Assembly (NCBI GenBank): GCA_021792615.1
Contig: JAJYUJ010000008.1
Span: 11,900 to 75,899, forward strand
Reading direction: 5' to 3'
DNA length: 64,000 nt
DNA from: a bacterium
Lineage (GTDB): Bacteria; JAMCPX01
This document shows, piece by piece, positions 26,055 to 36,452 of the stretch. The notes below the pieces were generated by a model, which ran no database searches, was not told the origin of the DNA, and worked only from the letters and a program-made list of their open reading frames with translations. The translations under genes were made by a program, and so were the position numbers. Numbering within the stretch: the first letter of the stretch is position 1; each line of letters starts with the position of its first letter.

Positions 26055-27371
26055 ATGGAAGCGTGGGAAAAAATAAAAAAAGAATTGATTAATATTTATA
26101 AGGATACCAACGACGATCCGTGGATAACTATCTTAAATCCTTTAAGTTTTAATGATAACTCCCTTATACTTGGGGTACCTGATGATTTTTCATTAGACTG
26201 GATAAAAACTCACTATCACTCTGATATATTGAAATTGGCAAGGTCTATAATCGGCGACGGAACAAATGTCGAGTTGGTAATCGACCATAGAGAAGAAATC
26301 GATGTTGAAAGTCACGCTTTTTTACCTAATATAGGGTTTACCCATCTCAATAATTCAAAAGGCCTTTTAAAAAACTATACCTTTGATAATTATGTGGTAG
26401 GCGAATCAAATAAATTTGCAAGCGCTGCCGCGGTTGCCGTTTCTCAAAACCCGGGCAGGTCATATAATCCTCTTTTTATATACGGCGGTGTCGGACTCGG
26501 CAAAACACACGTTATCAATGCGATCGGCAACCTCATCGACGATGAACATAAAGGGTTGAATATCATTTATATGACCACGGAAAATTTCGTTAACGATCTT
26601 GTGAATCATCTGAGAGACAGGAAAATGGATATTTTCAGGGAGGTCTATAGAAATTGCGATGTGCTGCTTATCGATGATATTCAGTTTATTTCGAATAAGG
26701 AGCGATCCCAGGAAGAAATGTTTCATACATTCAATACGCTGTATGAAGAAAAGAAACAGATAGTATTTACGTCCGATAAACTCCCCAAAGAAATTCCCAA
26801 TATAGAGGAGCGGCTGAGAAGCAGGTTCGAGATGGGTCTTATCGCAGACATACAGGTACCCGACATAGAAACGAAGGTAGCTATTATAAAAAAGAAGGCA
26901 GAGAGTGACCGTATCGAGATCGATGATGAAATAGCTTTTTTCCTGGCATACAACACCCAATCGAACATACGGGAACTCGAAGGCTATCTTACCCGGTTGT
27001 CCGCGTATGCAATTTTGACAAAGACAAAGCTGAATATCCACGTTGCAAAAGAAGTTTTATCCGGTCTCATTAGAAAAAAGGATAAATGGCTTACCATAGA
27101 TGATATCCAGAAAGCAGTAGCCATGCATTTCAAAATAAAAGTTTCAGACCTTCTTTCTACGAAGAGAATGAAGTTTATAGCCCTCCCCAGGCAGGTGGCA
27201 ATGTTTTTGTCCCGCACGCTCACCAATGCTTCTTATCCTGAAATAGGACTCCAATTTGGGAACAAGGACCATTCAACCGTCATTCACTCCGTCAATAAAA
27301 TAACAGAGATGATAAAGGACAATCAAAGTATAAAAGATGCTGTTGAAAAAATCAAAAAAGGTTTAGGATAA
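26055..27371 (+). CDS. dnaA: Chromosomal replication initiator protein DnaA
   Basis: Walker A GGVGLGKTH, sensor LIDDIQF, and domain IV (RQVAMFLSRTLTNASYPEIGLQFGNKDHSTVIHS). Start at MEAWEK with the RBS AAGGGGG. Strikingly low GC, about 33-36%. Confidence 0.95.
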   Translation: MEAWEKIKKELINIYKDTNDDPWITILNPLSFNDNSLILGVPDDFSLDWIKTHYHSDILKLARSIIGDGTNVELVIDHREEIDVESHAFLPNIGFTHLNNSKGLLKNYTFDNYVVGESNKFASAAAVAVSQNPGRSYNPLFIYGGVGLGKTHVINAIGNLIDDEHKGLNIIYMTTENFVNDLVNHLRDRKMDIFREVYRNCDVLLIDDIQFISNKERSQEEMFHTFNTLYEEKKQIVFTSDKLPKEIPNIEERLRSRFEMGLIADIQVPDIETKVAIIKKKAESDRIEIDDEIAFFLAYNTQSNIRELEGYLTRLSAYAILTKTKLNIHVAKEVLSGLIRKKDKWLTIDDIQKAVAMHFKIKVSDLLSTKRMKFIALPRQVAMFLSRTLTNASYPEIGLQFGNKDHSTVIHSVNKITEMIKDNQSIKDAVEKIKKGLG

Positions 27372-27556
27372 GAGAGTGATAAAGTTGTTGAAAAAGTACA
27401 ATTTATTTTTTATAGTGTTTATCAACAGAATAAGAACAATAGATTAAACAGGAATTATGAATTGTTTATATAAAAAATTCAATAACATAAGATAATAATT
27501 ATTTTATAAACATGCTTTACTACTACTAAAAATATAAAGACTATTAGGAGAGAATA
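27372..27556. other. Extremely AT-rich dnaA-dnaN spacer; alternative oriC / DNA-unwinding-element candidate
   Basis: About 20% GC. Contains TTATCAACA, which is 8/9 of the DnaA box TTATCCACA, near 27418. Confidence 0.35.
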
Positions 27557-28651
27557 ATGGAATTTACAATAGATAAAAGAATTTTGCTGATAGAAGTAAG
27601 CAAGGTTATCGGTGCAACGGAGCGAAAAGCTACAATGCCTATTTTATCAAATATATTATTAAAAGCGGAGAAGGGGACTCTTAAGATAACGGGAACGGAT
27701 TTGGAAGTTACGATAATAAGCATCATCAACTGTAATATTGTATCGGAAGGACAGGTATCCATTCCTGCAAAGAAATTTTATGATTATATCAGAGAATTGC
27801 CGGACAGGGACATCAACATAAAAAAAGAAGACGGTTTTATAGAGATCAGTACGGAAAAGATTTCCGGCAGATTAAAGGTGTTACAGGCAGAGGATTTTCC
27901 ACATATAGACGAATACAAGGGAAGTTATACGAAGGTATCGTATGAACAATTATTAAAGATGATCGATAAAACAATCTATGCAACGTCAATCGATGAAGTA
28001 AAATATAGCTTGAATGGTGTTTATATAGAAAAGGCCCTCGATAGTCTGCGTTGTGTTGCGACGGACAGTCACCGTCTTGCTCTGTACGAGGATGAAAGTC
28101 TAAAATCTATAGAGGGTCTTACAAAAGGTATCATCGTTCCAAGAAAAGGTCTGTATGAAATAAAGAAAATCGGCACGGAAAATGAAATAAATATCGCGGT
28201 AGAAAAAAATAAAAATTTAATTGTGAATATAGGGAATACGATTATACAAATACGGTTACTGGATTATGATTTTCCGGATTATAAATCGGTTTTACCTTCC
28301 GAAACAACAATAAATATAAAAATAAAAAAAGATATTTTGGTGTCCGCGGTCAAAAGGGCACAATCGATATATCAGGAAAAAATATCGCGGGTTGTATTGG
28401 ACATACAGAAAGACACAATCATCGTCGAGAGCAACGAACCCGATATCGGTGAAGTAAAGGAAGAAATAGAGATCGACTATAAAGGTAATCCGCTGAAAAT
28501 AGGGTTTAATGGCAAATACCTGCTCGATTGTTTGAACTCTATGGACGGCGAATTCGTATCCATGGGTTTCAATAACGAACAAAGCGCAAGTACGTTTTTT
28601 GCGGACGACAATAAAAAGCATATGAACCTCATCATGCCGATGAGGATGTAA
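27557..28651 (+). CDS. dnaN: DNA polymerase III beta sliding clamp
   Basis: 364 aa with a three-domain clamp architecture, starting MEFTIDKRILL, and a C-terminal MPMRM. Low GC, like dnaA. Confidence 0.93.
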   Translation: MEFTIDKRILLIEVSKVIGATERKATMPILSNILLKAEKGTLKITGTDLEVTIISIINCNIVSEGQVSIPAKKFYDYIRELPDRDINIKKEDGFIEISTEKISGRLKVLQAEDFPHIDEYKGSYTKVSYEQLLKMIDKTIYATSIDEVKYSLNGVYIEKALDSLRCVATDSHRLALYEDESLKSIEGLTKGIIVPRKGLYEIKKIGTENEINIAVEKNKNLIVNIGNTIIQIRLLDYDFPDYKSVLPSETTINIKIKKDILVSAVKRAQSIYQEKISRVVLDIQKDTIIVESNEPDIGEVKEEIEIDYKGNPLKIGFNGKYLLDCLNSMDGEFVSMGFNNEQSASTFFADDNKKHMNLIMPMRM

Positions 28652-28663
28652 TCCCGGTCAGGG

Positions 28664-28698
28664 AACCGGCCAAAGGCCGGTAAGTCTTCTGACTTTTA
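28664..28698 (+). terminator. Candidate rho-independent terminator after dnaN
   Basis: CCGGCC-aaa-GGCCGG stem followed by taagTCTTCTGACTTTT. Confidence 0.4.
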
Positions 28699-28798
28699 CG
28701 TGGCTTTATACAAACCCTTTCAATAAGGAAATTTTTCGCAGTATGCCCGCCATACGAGGATGGGCTTATGAACGGGATAAAGGATAAGAGGTGAAACT

Positions 28799-29302
28799 AT
28801 GAAAAAAATGACCGAACAGAACTTGAGAGCGGCTTTTGCGGGAGAGTCTCAGGCTCACATGCGTTATTTGATTTTTTCCGAAAAAGCCGAAAAAGAAAAG
28901 AAAACAAATCTTGCACGCCTTTTTAAGGCTATCTCTTTTGCCGAACAGGTACATGCTACCAACCATTACCGGGCACTCGGGGAGATCCGGGACTCATCGA
29001 ATAATCTTCAGGAAGGCATAGACGGAGAAACGTACGAAGTGGAAGATATGTACCCTGCATATAAAGCAGTCGCCGAACTCCAGAAAGAACAATCCGCGGT
29101 CAGGACTACAAACTATGCGCTGGAAGCGGAAAAGATACACGAAGAAATGTATAAAACCGCAAAACAAACGGTTGATCAGGGAAAGGACATAGAAATCGGA
29201 GACATGTATATATGCGATATCTGCGGATACACGGTCGAAGGGGAAGCTCCTGCCGTCTGTCCGATCTGCGGCGCGAAAATAGAAAGGTTTAAAAAATTCT
29301 AA
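28799..29302 (+). CDS. rbr: Rubrerythrin (ferritin-like diiron domain plus a C-terminal rubredoxin-like CxxC...CxxC)
   Basis: 167 aa with EsQAhmRYlifsekA diiron-ligand helices and CDICGYTVEGEAPAVCPICGA. Confidence 0.9.
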   Translation: MKKMTEQNLRAAFAGESQAHMRYLIFSEKAEKEKKTNLARLFKAISFAEQVHATNHYRALGEIRDSSNNLQEGIDGETYEVEDMYPAYKAVAELQKEQSAVRTTNYALEAEKIHEEMYKTAKQTVDQGKDIEIGDMYICDICGYTVEGEAPAVCPICGAKIERFKKF

Positions 29303-29309
29303 AAAAGAA

Positions 29310-29341
29310 GGGGGCAGGTTTTCTCCCAGCCCCCTTTGGTT
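29310..29341. terminator. Bidirectional terminator hairpin between rubrerythrin (+) and the DUF2892 gene (-)
   Basis: GGGGGC-aggttttctccca-GCCCCC, flanked by an A-run upstream and TTTGGTT downstream. Confidence 0.5.
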
Positions 29342-29561
29342 ATTTCTTTTCTCCCTGCTGCGGTTGATCAGGCTTTTTTACCGTAGAGATCCCTGCAACC
29401 CGATACAGAGGACAGTAGTTTATACTCCCCGTCAGTATGGGAATAAAGCCTATGAGTCCCACCCATCTCCATGCAGAATGTACCCAAAAGATCATAGAGA
29501 TTAACAGCAACCCTATTATCCAGCGTATGATTTTATCTGTCGATCCGACATTTTTTTCCAT
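29340..29561 (-). CDS. DUF2892 (YgaP-like) small two-TM membrane protein
   Basis: MEKNVGSTDKIIRWIIGLLLISMIFWV...GFIPILTGSINYCPLYRVAGI, preceded by the RBS GGAGGTGTGT. The tracked ORF 29340..29753 is over-extended. Confidence 0.65.
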   Translation of the reverse strand: MEKNVGSTDKIIRWIIGLLLISMIFWVHSAWRWVGLIGFIPILTGSINYCPLYRVAGISTVKKPDQPQQGEKK

Positions 29562-29792
29562 ACACACCTCCTGAGGCATAACATATACCATATATAAAAA
29601 AATACAAGAACAAGGCCGCAGGATTTTACCCGGCATCGTCTTTAACTCCTCCCCTGCTCCGAATAAATCCATAAAACACCCGCAGGCATTTTCCGGTTCA
29701 TCCACAAATGCATTTGAAAAACAGGGAAGTTTGTATATAGTTGCAATGTGCAATAAAGAGAGTAAATATCATTCCAGAAAAGGAGATAAGAT

Positions 29793-30668
29793 ATGGAAGA
29801 GCACAATAAAGAGGCGGTCATCGGTATTATCGGCGGCAGCGGGCTTTATTCAATAGAAGGTTTAAAGGGTATACAAGAAAAAAGAATAACGACACCGTTT
29901 GGAGAGCCCTCGGACGCCTATATTATGGGAGAGCTCGACGGCACAACTGTGGTTTTTCTGCCCCGGCACGGCAGGGGACACCGCATTTCTCCATCGGAGA
30001 TCAATTTCAGGGCCAACATATTCGGAATGAAGATGCTGGGTGTTAACAGGCTCATATCCGTCAGCGCAGTCGGCAGTATGAAAGAGCAAATCAAACCCGG
30101 ACACATTGTTGTGCCGGATCAATTCATAGATTTGACAAAACGGAGAATATCGACTTTTTTTGGCAATGGCCTCGTGTCCCATGTTTCTATGGCAGACCCC
30201 GTATGTCCCGTTTTGTCCGAAAAACTCTCCACAACCGGAAAGGATCTGGGCATTCCGATGCACAAGGGAGGTACGTATATTTGTATCGAGGGCCCACAGT
30301 TTTCTTCAAGAGCAGAATCGCACCTTTACCGGCAATGGGGCGTGGACATCATAGGTATGACGAATATGCCCGAAGCGAAGCTCGCGCGGGAGGCGGAGAT
30401 TTGTTATGCAACGCTCGCCCTTGCTACGGATTATGATTGCTGGTATCAGGGTATGAAGGATGTCGGCGTTGAGGATGTTGTAAAAATCATGAGCGAAAAC
30501 GTGGTAAACGCAAAAAAAATAATAGGTGCGGTTGTTCCCCGTATCGAAAAAGAAAGGGAATGCTCCTGTGCACACGCCCTGAAAGACAGCTTCCTTACCG
30601 CTGCCGAAGCAATACCGCAACAAATCAAATCCGATTTAAAACCTATCATAGGGGGTTACCTGAAGTGA
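29793..30668 (+). CDS. mtnP: S-methyl-5'-thioadenosine phosphorylase (PNP family 2)
   Basis: 291 aa: GIIGGSGLY...[23 protein letters not shown]...[19 protein letters not shown]. Confidence 0.9.
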   Translation: MEEHNKEAVIGIIGGSGLYSIEGLKGIQEKRITTPFGEPSDAYIMGELDGTTVVFLPRHGRGHRISPSEINFRANIFGMKMLGVNRLISVSAVGSMKEQIKPGHIVVPDQFIDLTKRRISTFFGNGLVSHVSMADPVCPVLSEKLSTTGKDLGIPMHKGGTYICIEGPQFSSRAESHLYRQWGVDIIGMTNMPEAKLAREAEICYATLALATDYDCWYQGMKDVGVEDVVKIMSENVVNAKKIIGAVVPRIEKERECSCAHALKDSFLTAAEAIPQQIKSDLKPIIGGYLK

Positions 30669-31111
30669 AGACAATTAAAATAGTGTTCCCGCTGATTTTA
30701 CTGCCGTTCTTTTTTTCCTGTGCCGCACAGAACAATGTTATCGACACCGGAAATACAATGCAGGAAAGATATGCAGCAATGAGACAGGAGGAGCAGTCTT
30801 TCAATGTAAATCTTATCCCGCCGGACAACGGCAGGGCGATATGGGAAGGAAAACAACTGGAAGATCCCTTCAACGTAAGGGTAAATCAGGGAAAGACCTA
30901 TCAAATAGAAATTGATACTGGTGACGGTAACGCATACAAGGGTACCGTTCAGGTCATCGGCGACGGTGGGACCGTCGGAATGCACCAGGGATTCGATGTG
31001 CGGCTGTCTGGTTATATCCGGGAGATGCTGAAACACACTAAGCAGGTATCCTACTATCTGAATTCGCCCGGCGGTAAACAGGAACTGCTGGTAACATTTT
31101 TTGCACCCTGA
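30665..31111 (+). CDS. Small lipoprotein, unknown function
   Basis: The GTG start overlaps the MTAP stop. Lipobox FFFSCAAQ. 148 aa. Confidence 0.5.
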   Translation: MKTIKIVFPLILLPFFFSCAAQNNVIDTGNTMQERYAAMRQEEQSFNVNLIPPDNGRAIWEGKQLEDPFNVRVNQGKTYQIEIDTGDGNAYKGTVQVIGDGGTVGMHQGFDVRLSGYIREMLKHTKQVSYYLNSPGGKQELLVTFFAP

Positions 31112-31178
31112 CCCGATATCGTATTTTCTTGTCTACAGGGAATAGAGTCCAACGACAGCACATAAGTAAAAAGCCGAG

Positions 31179-32219
31179 ATGAATATTTTTTATAAAAAAA
31201 ACCCCCTGATCGATGTTGTGCTGCTGCCGTTGGTTGTGGTATCCCTTGTTTTCCGTTTCATAACGGACATACGAAGGTTCCTTTACCTGCAGGGTATCCT
31301 CAGCTCGTACCGGGCGAAAAGCCGCATCATATCCGTCGGCAACCTTACGGTCGGGGGCACGGGAAAGACGCCGATGGTCATCTACCTGAGCACGATCCTT
31401 ACCGGGAAAAGGCTTGCAGTTGTCTCAAGGGGCTACGGTTCCAAAGGCAGGGGAACCAGGATTGTTTCGGACGGTAAAAACATTCTCCTGGGTGCAGAGT
31501 TGTGTGGCGACGAACCGTACCTTATAGCGAAATCCATTCCCGGTGCGGTTGTTGCCGTTGGAGCGAAAAAAGCACAGGTCATCCGTTTTGTCGAGCAGCA
31601 GTATAGTCCGGACATTATTATACTGGATGACGGCTTTTCCCACCTTAAAGTGAAACGGGATCTGGACATCGTGCTGATTGACGGAGAGAAAGGTTTTGGG
31701 AATGGCCACCTCCTGCCTGCGGGCCCTCTCAGGGAACCTCCGGGAGCGATGCGCCGTGCAGACAGTATCGGGGTAAAAGGGGAAGGGCACACGGTTGAAA
31801 ATCAGATCAAAAAATACGCACCGCTTGATAAGGTCTTTCATTTTACGTACCGCTTCAAGGGGATAAAAACTATCCGCCAAGACGCGGAAGTGGATGCGGG
31901 TACCATGAAAAACAAAAAAGTGCTGGCGGTTGCGGGTATAGCATTCCCGGACAGCTTTTTCCGTACGCTTGAAGCGGCCGGCGTTCACCCTGCAAACTGT
32001 ATAGCCGGGCAGGACCACAGCACCTATGATAAAAATAAGCTCCGTATGCTTACGGAACGGTTCAGCCCGGATGCGGTAATAGTAACCGCAAAGGACGCGG
32101 TGAAGATTAAGGAAATAGAAAGGGACGAAGGAGTGCAGTGGTTGTACGCAGATATAGCAGTCTCAGAGGCCGGGGAAAATCTGAAAAACATACTCCGGAA
32201 GAAAGGTTTTCTGCCGTGA
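31179..32219 (+). CDS. lpxK: Tetraacyldisaccharide 4'-kinase
   Basis: 346 aa with the P-loop ISVGNLTVGGTGKTP. Confidence 0.9.
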   Translation: MNIFYKKNPLIDVVLLPLVVVSLVFRFITDIRRFLYLQGILSSYRAKSRIISVGNLTVGGTGKTPMVIYLSTILTGKRLAVVSRGYGSKGRGTRIVSDGKNILLGAELCGDEPYLIAKSIPGAVVAVGAKKAQVIRFVEQQYSPDIIILDDGFSHLKVKRDLDIVLIDGEKGFGNGHLLPAGPLREPPGAMRRADSIGVKGEGHTVENQIKKYAPLDKVFHFTYRFKGIKTIRQDAEVDAGTMKNKKVLAVAGIAFPDSFFRTLEAAGVHPANCIAGQDHSTYDKNKLRMLTERFSPDAVIVTAKDAVKIKEIERDEGVQWLYADIAVSEAGENLKNILRKKGFLP

Positions 32220-33106
32220 TCAAAAAAGTCAGGCATTTTTTGGAATATAAAGTCGTACGTGCGCTCATCCTTTTCTTGAATATGTTTTCAGAAAAACAAA
32301 TCGCATCGATTGCGGCGTTCTTCGGGTTTTTGTGGTACAGGATAGACGCCAGGCACCGCGCGATCGCAAAAACAAACATAGGATACGCATTCCCCTCGAT
32401 GTCCATGGAGAACAAGTCCAGGATTTTACAAGAAAGCTACAAGAACATCATAAAGACATTCATAACATTTCCCCGGATCGCGGATTTTCATGCGGAAAGC
32501 ATCAAAAAGACATTCGAATTTCAATGCGAAGAATACTACGAAGAGGCCCTCAAAAGAGGGAAGGGCGTGTTCCTGCTGACCGGCCATCTTTGCAACTGGG
32601 AATTTGCGGCAGCAGCGCACAGCATAAAGCACGGGGGTCTTGTGGCAGTTGCAAAAGACATCCACAACCCCTTCATCGACAGCTACATAAAGGCCCTGCG
32701 CAAAAGTGCGCTTATAGATGTCGTAAGGCCGCGCAATGCGGTTTTCAGACTCCTCCGGAGCCTGAAGCAGGGAAAAACAATTGCCATGCTCCTCGATCAA
32801 AACACCCTGCGCCATGAGGCGGTGTTCGTCAATTTCTTCGGCAGACCGGCGGCAACACAGTATGCAATGGCGTTGATGGCTTTAAAAACGGGCGCTGCCG
32901 TTGTTCCGGGGTTTATAAGCCCGGATCCCGTAAACGACAGGTACGTTATACGGTATGAAAAGCCAATCTATGCCGACGGTATCCAGGACAAGGAAAAAGC
33001 AGCGGAGAAGTTAACCCAGCAGTTTACAACGATCCTGGAGGACCAAATCAAAAGAGTTCCCGGACAATGGTTCTGGGTGCACAACAGGTTCAAAACCACA
33101 CTTTGA
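32216..33106 (+). CDS. lpxL: Lipid A biosynthesis late acyltransferase (LpxL/HtrB family, lysophospholipid acyltransferase superfamily)
   Basis: The GTG start overlaps the lpxK stop. Signal-anchor KKVRHFLEYKVVRALILFL..., then an HX4D-like NWEFAAAAHS region. The tracked ORF begins earlier, at 32138. Confidence 0.75.
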   Translation: MIKKVRHFLEYKVVRALILFLNMFSEKQIASIAAFFGFLWYRIDARHRAIAKTNIGYAFPSMSMENKSRILQESYKNIIKTFITFPRIADFHAESIKKTFEFQCEEYYEEALKRGKGVFLLTGHLCNWEFAAAAHSIKHGGLVAVAKDIHNPFIDSYIKALRKSALIDVVRPRNAVFRLLRSLKQGKTIAMLLDQNTLRHEAVFVNFFGRPAATQYAMALMALKTGAAVVPGFISPDPVNDRYVIRYEKPIYADGIQDKEKAAEKLTQQFTTILEDQIKRVPGQWFWVHNRFKTTL

Positions 33107-33151
33107 GGATATGAAGATAGCAGAAAAAGCATAAAGACCGCAGGCAGCAGC

Positions 33152-35395
33152 ATGAAAAAGAAAACAAAAAAAAAGGTGTACGTAATTTCCCTTGCAGCGG
33201 CAGGTATACTGGTTATTACCGCCTCGGTGTTTCTCTATTTTCTCTACGTGAAGATAACGGAGGTTTTTATTTCAAGAGGGTTTCCTTCGCCGTCCATCGT
33301 CTACGCTGCTCCCACATTCATACAAAACGGCATGGGTATGTCCATACAATCGCTGCAGGATAAATTGAATGCACTCGATTATCATGAGACAGACGCTGAG
33401 CCCGTGAAGCAGGGTAGTTATTCGGTGTCCGGAAATGCCGTGTATGTCTATACCAAAAAATTTGCTATGCCTGCCTATACCATAACGCCCGTGCAGGCCC
33501 GTATACCGGTATCCGGCGGCACGGTATCCGGTATGACCGATTTCAGCGGCACTGCGATAAGCAGCATCGAACTGGAACCCGAACAGCTTGCGGTATTTTT
33601 TGGTGATGATTTTAAAATGCGTATCCCGGTAGCGCTCCCCGCAATGCCGGATGACCTTCTCAATGCAGTCATTGTCACAGAGGATGCGCGGTTCTTTGAG
33701 CACGGGGCCATAGATATAAACGGCATAATCAGGGCCATGATTGCGGATATCGCGTCCATGAGCATACAGCAGGGAGGCAGTACCATAACGCAACAGCTTG
33801 TAAAAATACTTTTTCTCAGTAATCAACGCACCTTCAGAAGGAAGTTCATGGAAGCGATCATGGCGTTAATGATAGCACACCGTTTTACAAAGGCGCAGAT
33901 ACTCAATGCATACCTGAACGATGTTTATCTCGGACAGGATGGACACATCAGTATTGTCGGTATGGGGGCTGCAGCCAAATATTATTTTTCGAAGCCTGTA
34001 GCAAAGCTGACCCTCGCACAATGCGCCATGCTTGCAGGACTGATCGCATCACCGAACCGGTACTCGCCGATCTATGGCGGGGAAGAGGCCATGAAAAGAA
34101 GGAACTACGTCCTTTCCAGGATGATGTTGTACCATGTGATCACCAACAGCGAGTATCAGACCGCGCTCGGCGAGCCCATAACGGTAGAAGTGTCACCGGT
34201 ACATGTTAAAAAAGCTCCGTACTTTGTGGATTATATTGAAGGCCAGCTTTCAGAAAATTATTCAAAAGAACTCTTAACGACAGACGGCTTGAGAATTTTT
34301 ACAACGCTCGACCCGGATGTGCAGTCTATGGCTGAGAAAGCCATGGGTGAAGCACCGGCATCGCTTGAAGGTGCCATGGTTGTCATGCAGCCGCAAACAG
34401 GCTATGTGCTGGCCATGATAGGCGGCAGGGATTATAACAAAAGTCAGTTCAACCGGGCTGTTCTGTCGAGAAGGCAGATTGGCTCGTGCGTCAAACCTTT
34501 TATCTATATGCTTGCATTTGAAACGATGGCGAAAGACGGCTTTTCCCAAATTACAACCATTGATGATGCGCCGTTGAAGATGGAAACCGGTGCAGGAGAA
34601 TGGGAGCCGCAAAACTATGACAAGCGGTTTTTAGGGTATATGACCGCACGCTATGCCTTGCAGCACTCGATCAATGTACCCGCGGTAAAGGTCTCGATGG
34701 ATGTGGGTATCGAAAAGATTTCGGGATTGCTCGAACTGCTCGGACTGGACTCGGATATTCCGGCATTTCCGTCTATTGCCCTCGGCAGTACAGCGACATC
34801 ACCGCTGGATCTGAGCCGGGTATATACGATATTTTCCAACAACGGGTATGAACCCGTAACACCGGTAAGTATAAAGGCCGTCACGGATATGGATAATAAT
34901 ATTATCTATAAAACGGAACTGCAATTCAAACCTGTGGGCAGCGAACAGGCATGCTATGTCGTTACGAATGTGCTTCTTGGAAATGAGACAGAAGGCACGG
35001 GCAGGGGGTTGCGGCGGTTCGACATCCAGGGACAGTATTCCGGAAAAACCGGTACGACGAACGATTTCAGGGACACATGGTTTGCGGGATACACCCCGGA
35101 TGTCGTTGCTGTTGCCTGGTTGGGCTATGACAACGAGGCAAGGATCGGGGTGCCGGCTGCAGCAGTGGCTTTGCCGGTTGTCGGCAGATTTCTCGGCATG
35201 TATACGCACCGGTACGGAGGCAAAGACTTCCCCGTGCCACCGGGCATAAAATTCTCCTGCGTCGACCGTTCCACAGGCCTGAGCGGCAGGAATATAACGG
35301 ATTGTGTTCAGGCCGCGTTCATATCCGGGACAGAACCAAGCAGGGGTGCAATAAACAGCATCATGGACTGGTTCAAACATCTGTTCAGAAAATAA
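33152..35395 (+). CDS. mrcA: Class A penicillin-binding protein (PBP1A family; transglycosylase plus transpeptidase)
   Basis: 747 aa with an N-terminal TM anchor, GT51 motifs (EDARFFEHGAIDI, TITQQL) and transpeptidase motifs SCVKPF (SxxK), SxN and KTGT. Confidence 0.92.
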   Translation: MKKKTKKKVYVISLAAAGILVITASVFLYFLYVKITEVFISRGFPSPSIVYAAPTFIQNGMGMSIQSLQDKLNALDYHETDAEPVKQGSYSVSGNAVYVYTKKFAMPAYTITPVQARIPVSGGTVSGMTDFSGTAISSIELEPEQLAVFFGDDFKMRIPVALPAMPDDLLNAVIVTEDARFFEHGAIDINGIIRAMIADIASMSIQQGGSTITQQLVKILFLSNQRTFRRKFMEAIMALMIAHRFTKAQILNAYLNDVYLGQDGHISIVGMGAAAKYYFSKPVAKLTLAQCAMLAGLIASPNRYSPIYGGEEAMKRRNYVLSRMMLYHVITNSEYQTALGEPITVEVSPVHVKKAPYFVDYIEGQLSENYSKELLTTDGLRIFTTLDPDVQSMAEKAMGEAPASLEGAMVVMQPQTGYVLAMIGGRDYNKSQFNRAVLSRRQIGSCVKPFIYMLAFETMAKDGFSQITTIDDAPLKMETGAGEWEPQNYDKRFLGYMTARYALQHSINVPAVKVSMDVGIEKISGLLELLGLDSDIPAFPSIALGSTATSPLDLSRVYTIFSNNGYEPVTPVSIKAVTDMDNNIIYKTELQFKPVGSEQACYVVTNVLLGNETEGTGRGLRRFDIQGQYSGKTGTTNDFRDTWFAGYTPDVVAVAWLGYDNEARIGVPAAAVALPVVGRFLGMYTHRYGGKDFPVPPGIKFSCVDRSTGLSGRNITDCVQAAFISGTEPSRGAINSIMDWFKHLFRK

Positions 35396-35506
35396 ACCCC
35401 TGAGAAAATCAAGCTATACCCGGTTCCCGGTTTCCTTTCACTTGTCTATCACACGGTGTTCATCCCATATTGACAAATAAACAGAGAAAAGATATGAAAA
35501 CACATT

Positions 35507-36451
35507 ATGTCCGATTTTAATAACAGTTTACTTAAACTGTCCGAAAACATCGAAAAGGTGATTGTAGGGAAAAAGGACGTAATAGATCTGGCCGTTATAA
35601 CCCTCTTGTGTCGCGGGCACCTATTGATTGAAGATGTCCCGGGCCTGGGTAAAACGATGCTGGCAAGGGCCATCGCCGGTTCTCTGGCTCTTCATTTTAA
35701 AAGAATCCAATTTACTCCGGACCTGCTCCCGTCGGATATTACCGGTGTATCCATCTATAATCAGAAAACCGGTGAATTCGAATTCAGGTCCGGGCCGGTG
35801 TTTACAAATATCCTTCTTGCGGATGAGATTAACAGGACGACACCGAGGACCCAGTCCAGCTTGCTGGAATCCATGGAGGAGTCGCAGGTCACGATAGACG
35901 GTAAAACTTACCCGCTCCCTGAAACATTCATGGTCATTGCCACCCAGAACCCCATTGAGCTCCAGGGCACATATCCTTTACCAGAAGCGCAGCTCGATAG
36001 GTTTTTTATGAAGATAAAGGTCGGGTATCCTTCGATCGAGCAGGAAGTGAAAGTAATGGAAATGCAGGTGAAGGAACATCCGATTCATTCGATTTCATCG
36101 GTTCTTTCCAGCAACGAGTTGAAGACAATGCAGGATGCAGTAAAGGACGTTTATCTGGACAAATCCGTCAAGGAGTATATCGTCCAGATCGTCGATGCCA
36201 CTCGTGAGCATACGCACCTTAACCTCGGAGCAAGCCCGAGAGGATCTATTTATCTTATGAGGGCGTCTCAGGCGATGGCCCTGCTGCAGGGTGTAAGTTT
36301 TGTAGAGCCGTCAATCGTAAAACATATGGCCGTGCCGATCCTGTCACACCGGATTATGGTCAAACCACAGTCAAAGCTTGAAGGAATGACTCCGGAAAAG
36401 GTACTGGAAGATATACTGAGCAGTGTGCCTGTCCCCGTAAGACAATCCTGA
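35507..36451 (+). CDS. MoxR-like AAA+ ATPase
   Basis: 314 aa with Walker A GLGKT and Walker B LLADEINR. Confidence 0.9.
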   Translation: MSDFNNSLLKLSENIEKVIVGKKDVIDLAVITLLCRGHLLIEDVPGLGKTMLARAIAGSLALHFKRIQFTPDLLPSDITGVSIYNQKTGEFEFRSGPVFTNILLADEINRTTPRTQSSLLESMEESQVTIDGKTYPLPETFMVIATQNPIELQGTYPLPEAQLDRFFMKIKVGYPSIEQEVKVMEMQVKEHPIHSISSVLSSNELKTMQDAVKDVYLDKSVKEYIVQIVDATREHTHLNLGASPRGSIYLMRASQAMALLQGVSFVEPSIVKHMAVPILSHRIMVKPQSKLEGMTPEKVLEDILSSVPVPVRQS

Positions 36452-36452
36452 G

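Noticed and set aside
26460-27226. - strand ORFs 26460..27041, 26723..26968 and 26984..27226 inside dnaA
   Set aside because: Antisense shadows in AT-rich coding DNA. dnaA motifs are on the + strand.
31425-32018. ORFs 31425..32018 (-) and 31433..31792 (-) within lpxK
   Set aside because: Shadow ORFs of lpxK.
33272-35380. - strand ORFs (33272..33826, 34274..34612, 34799..35380) within the PBP1A gene
   Set aside because: Shadow ORFs. The PBP motifs SxxK and KTG are on the + strand.
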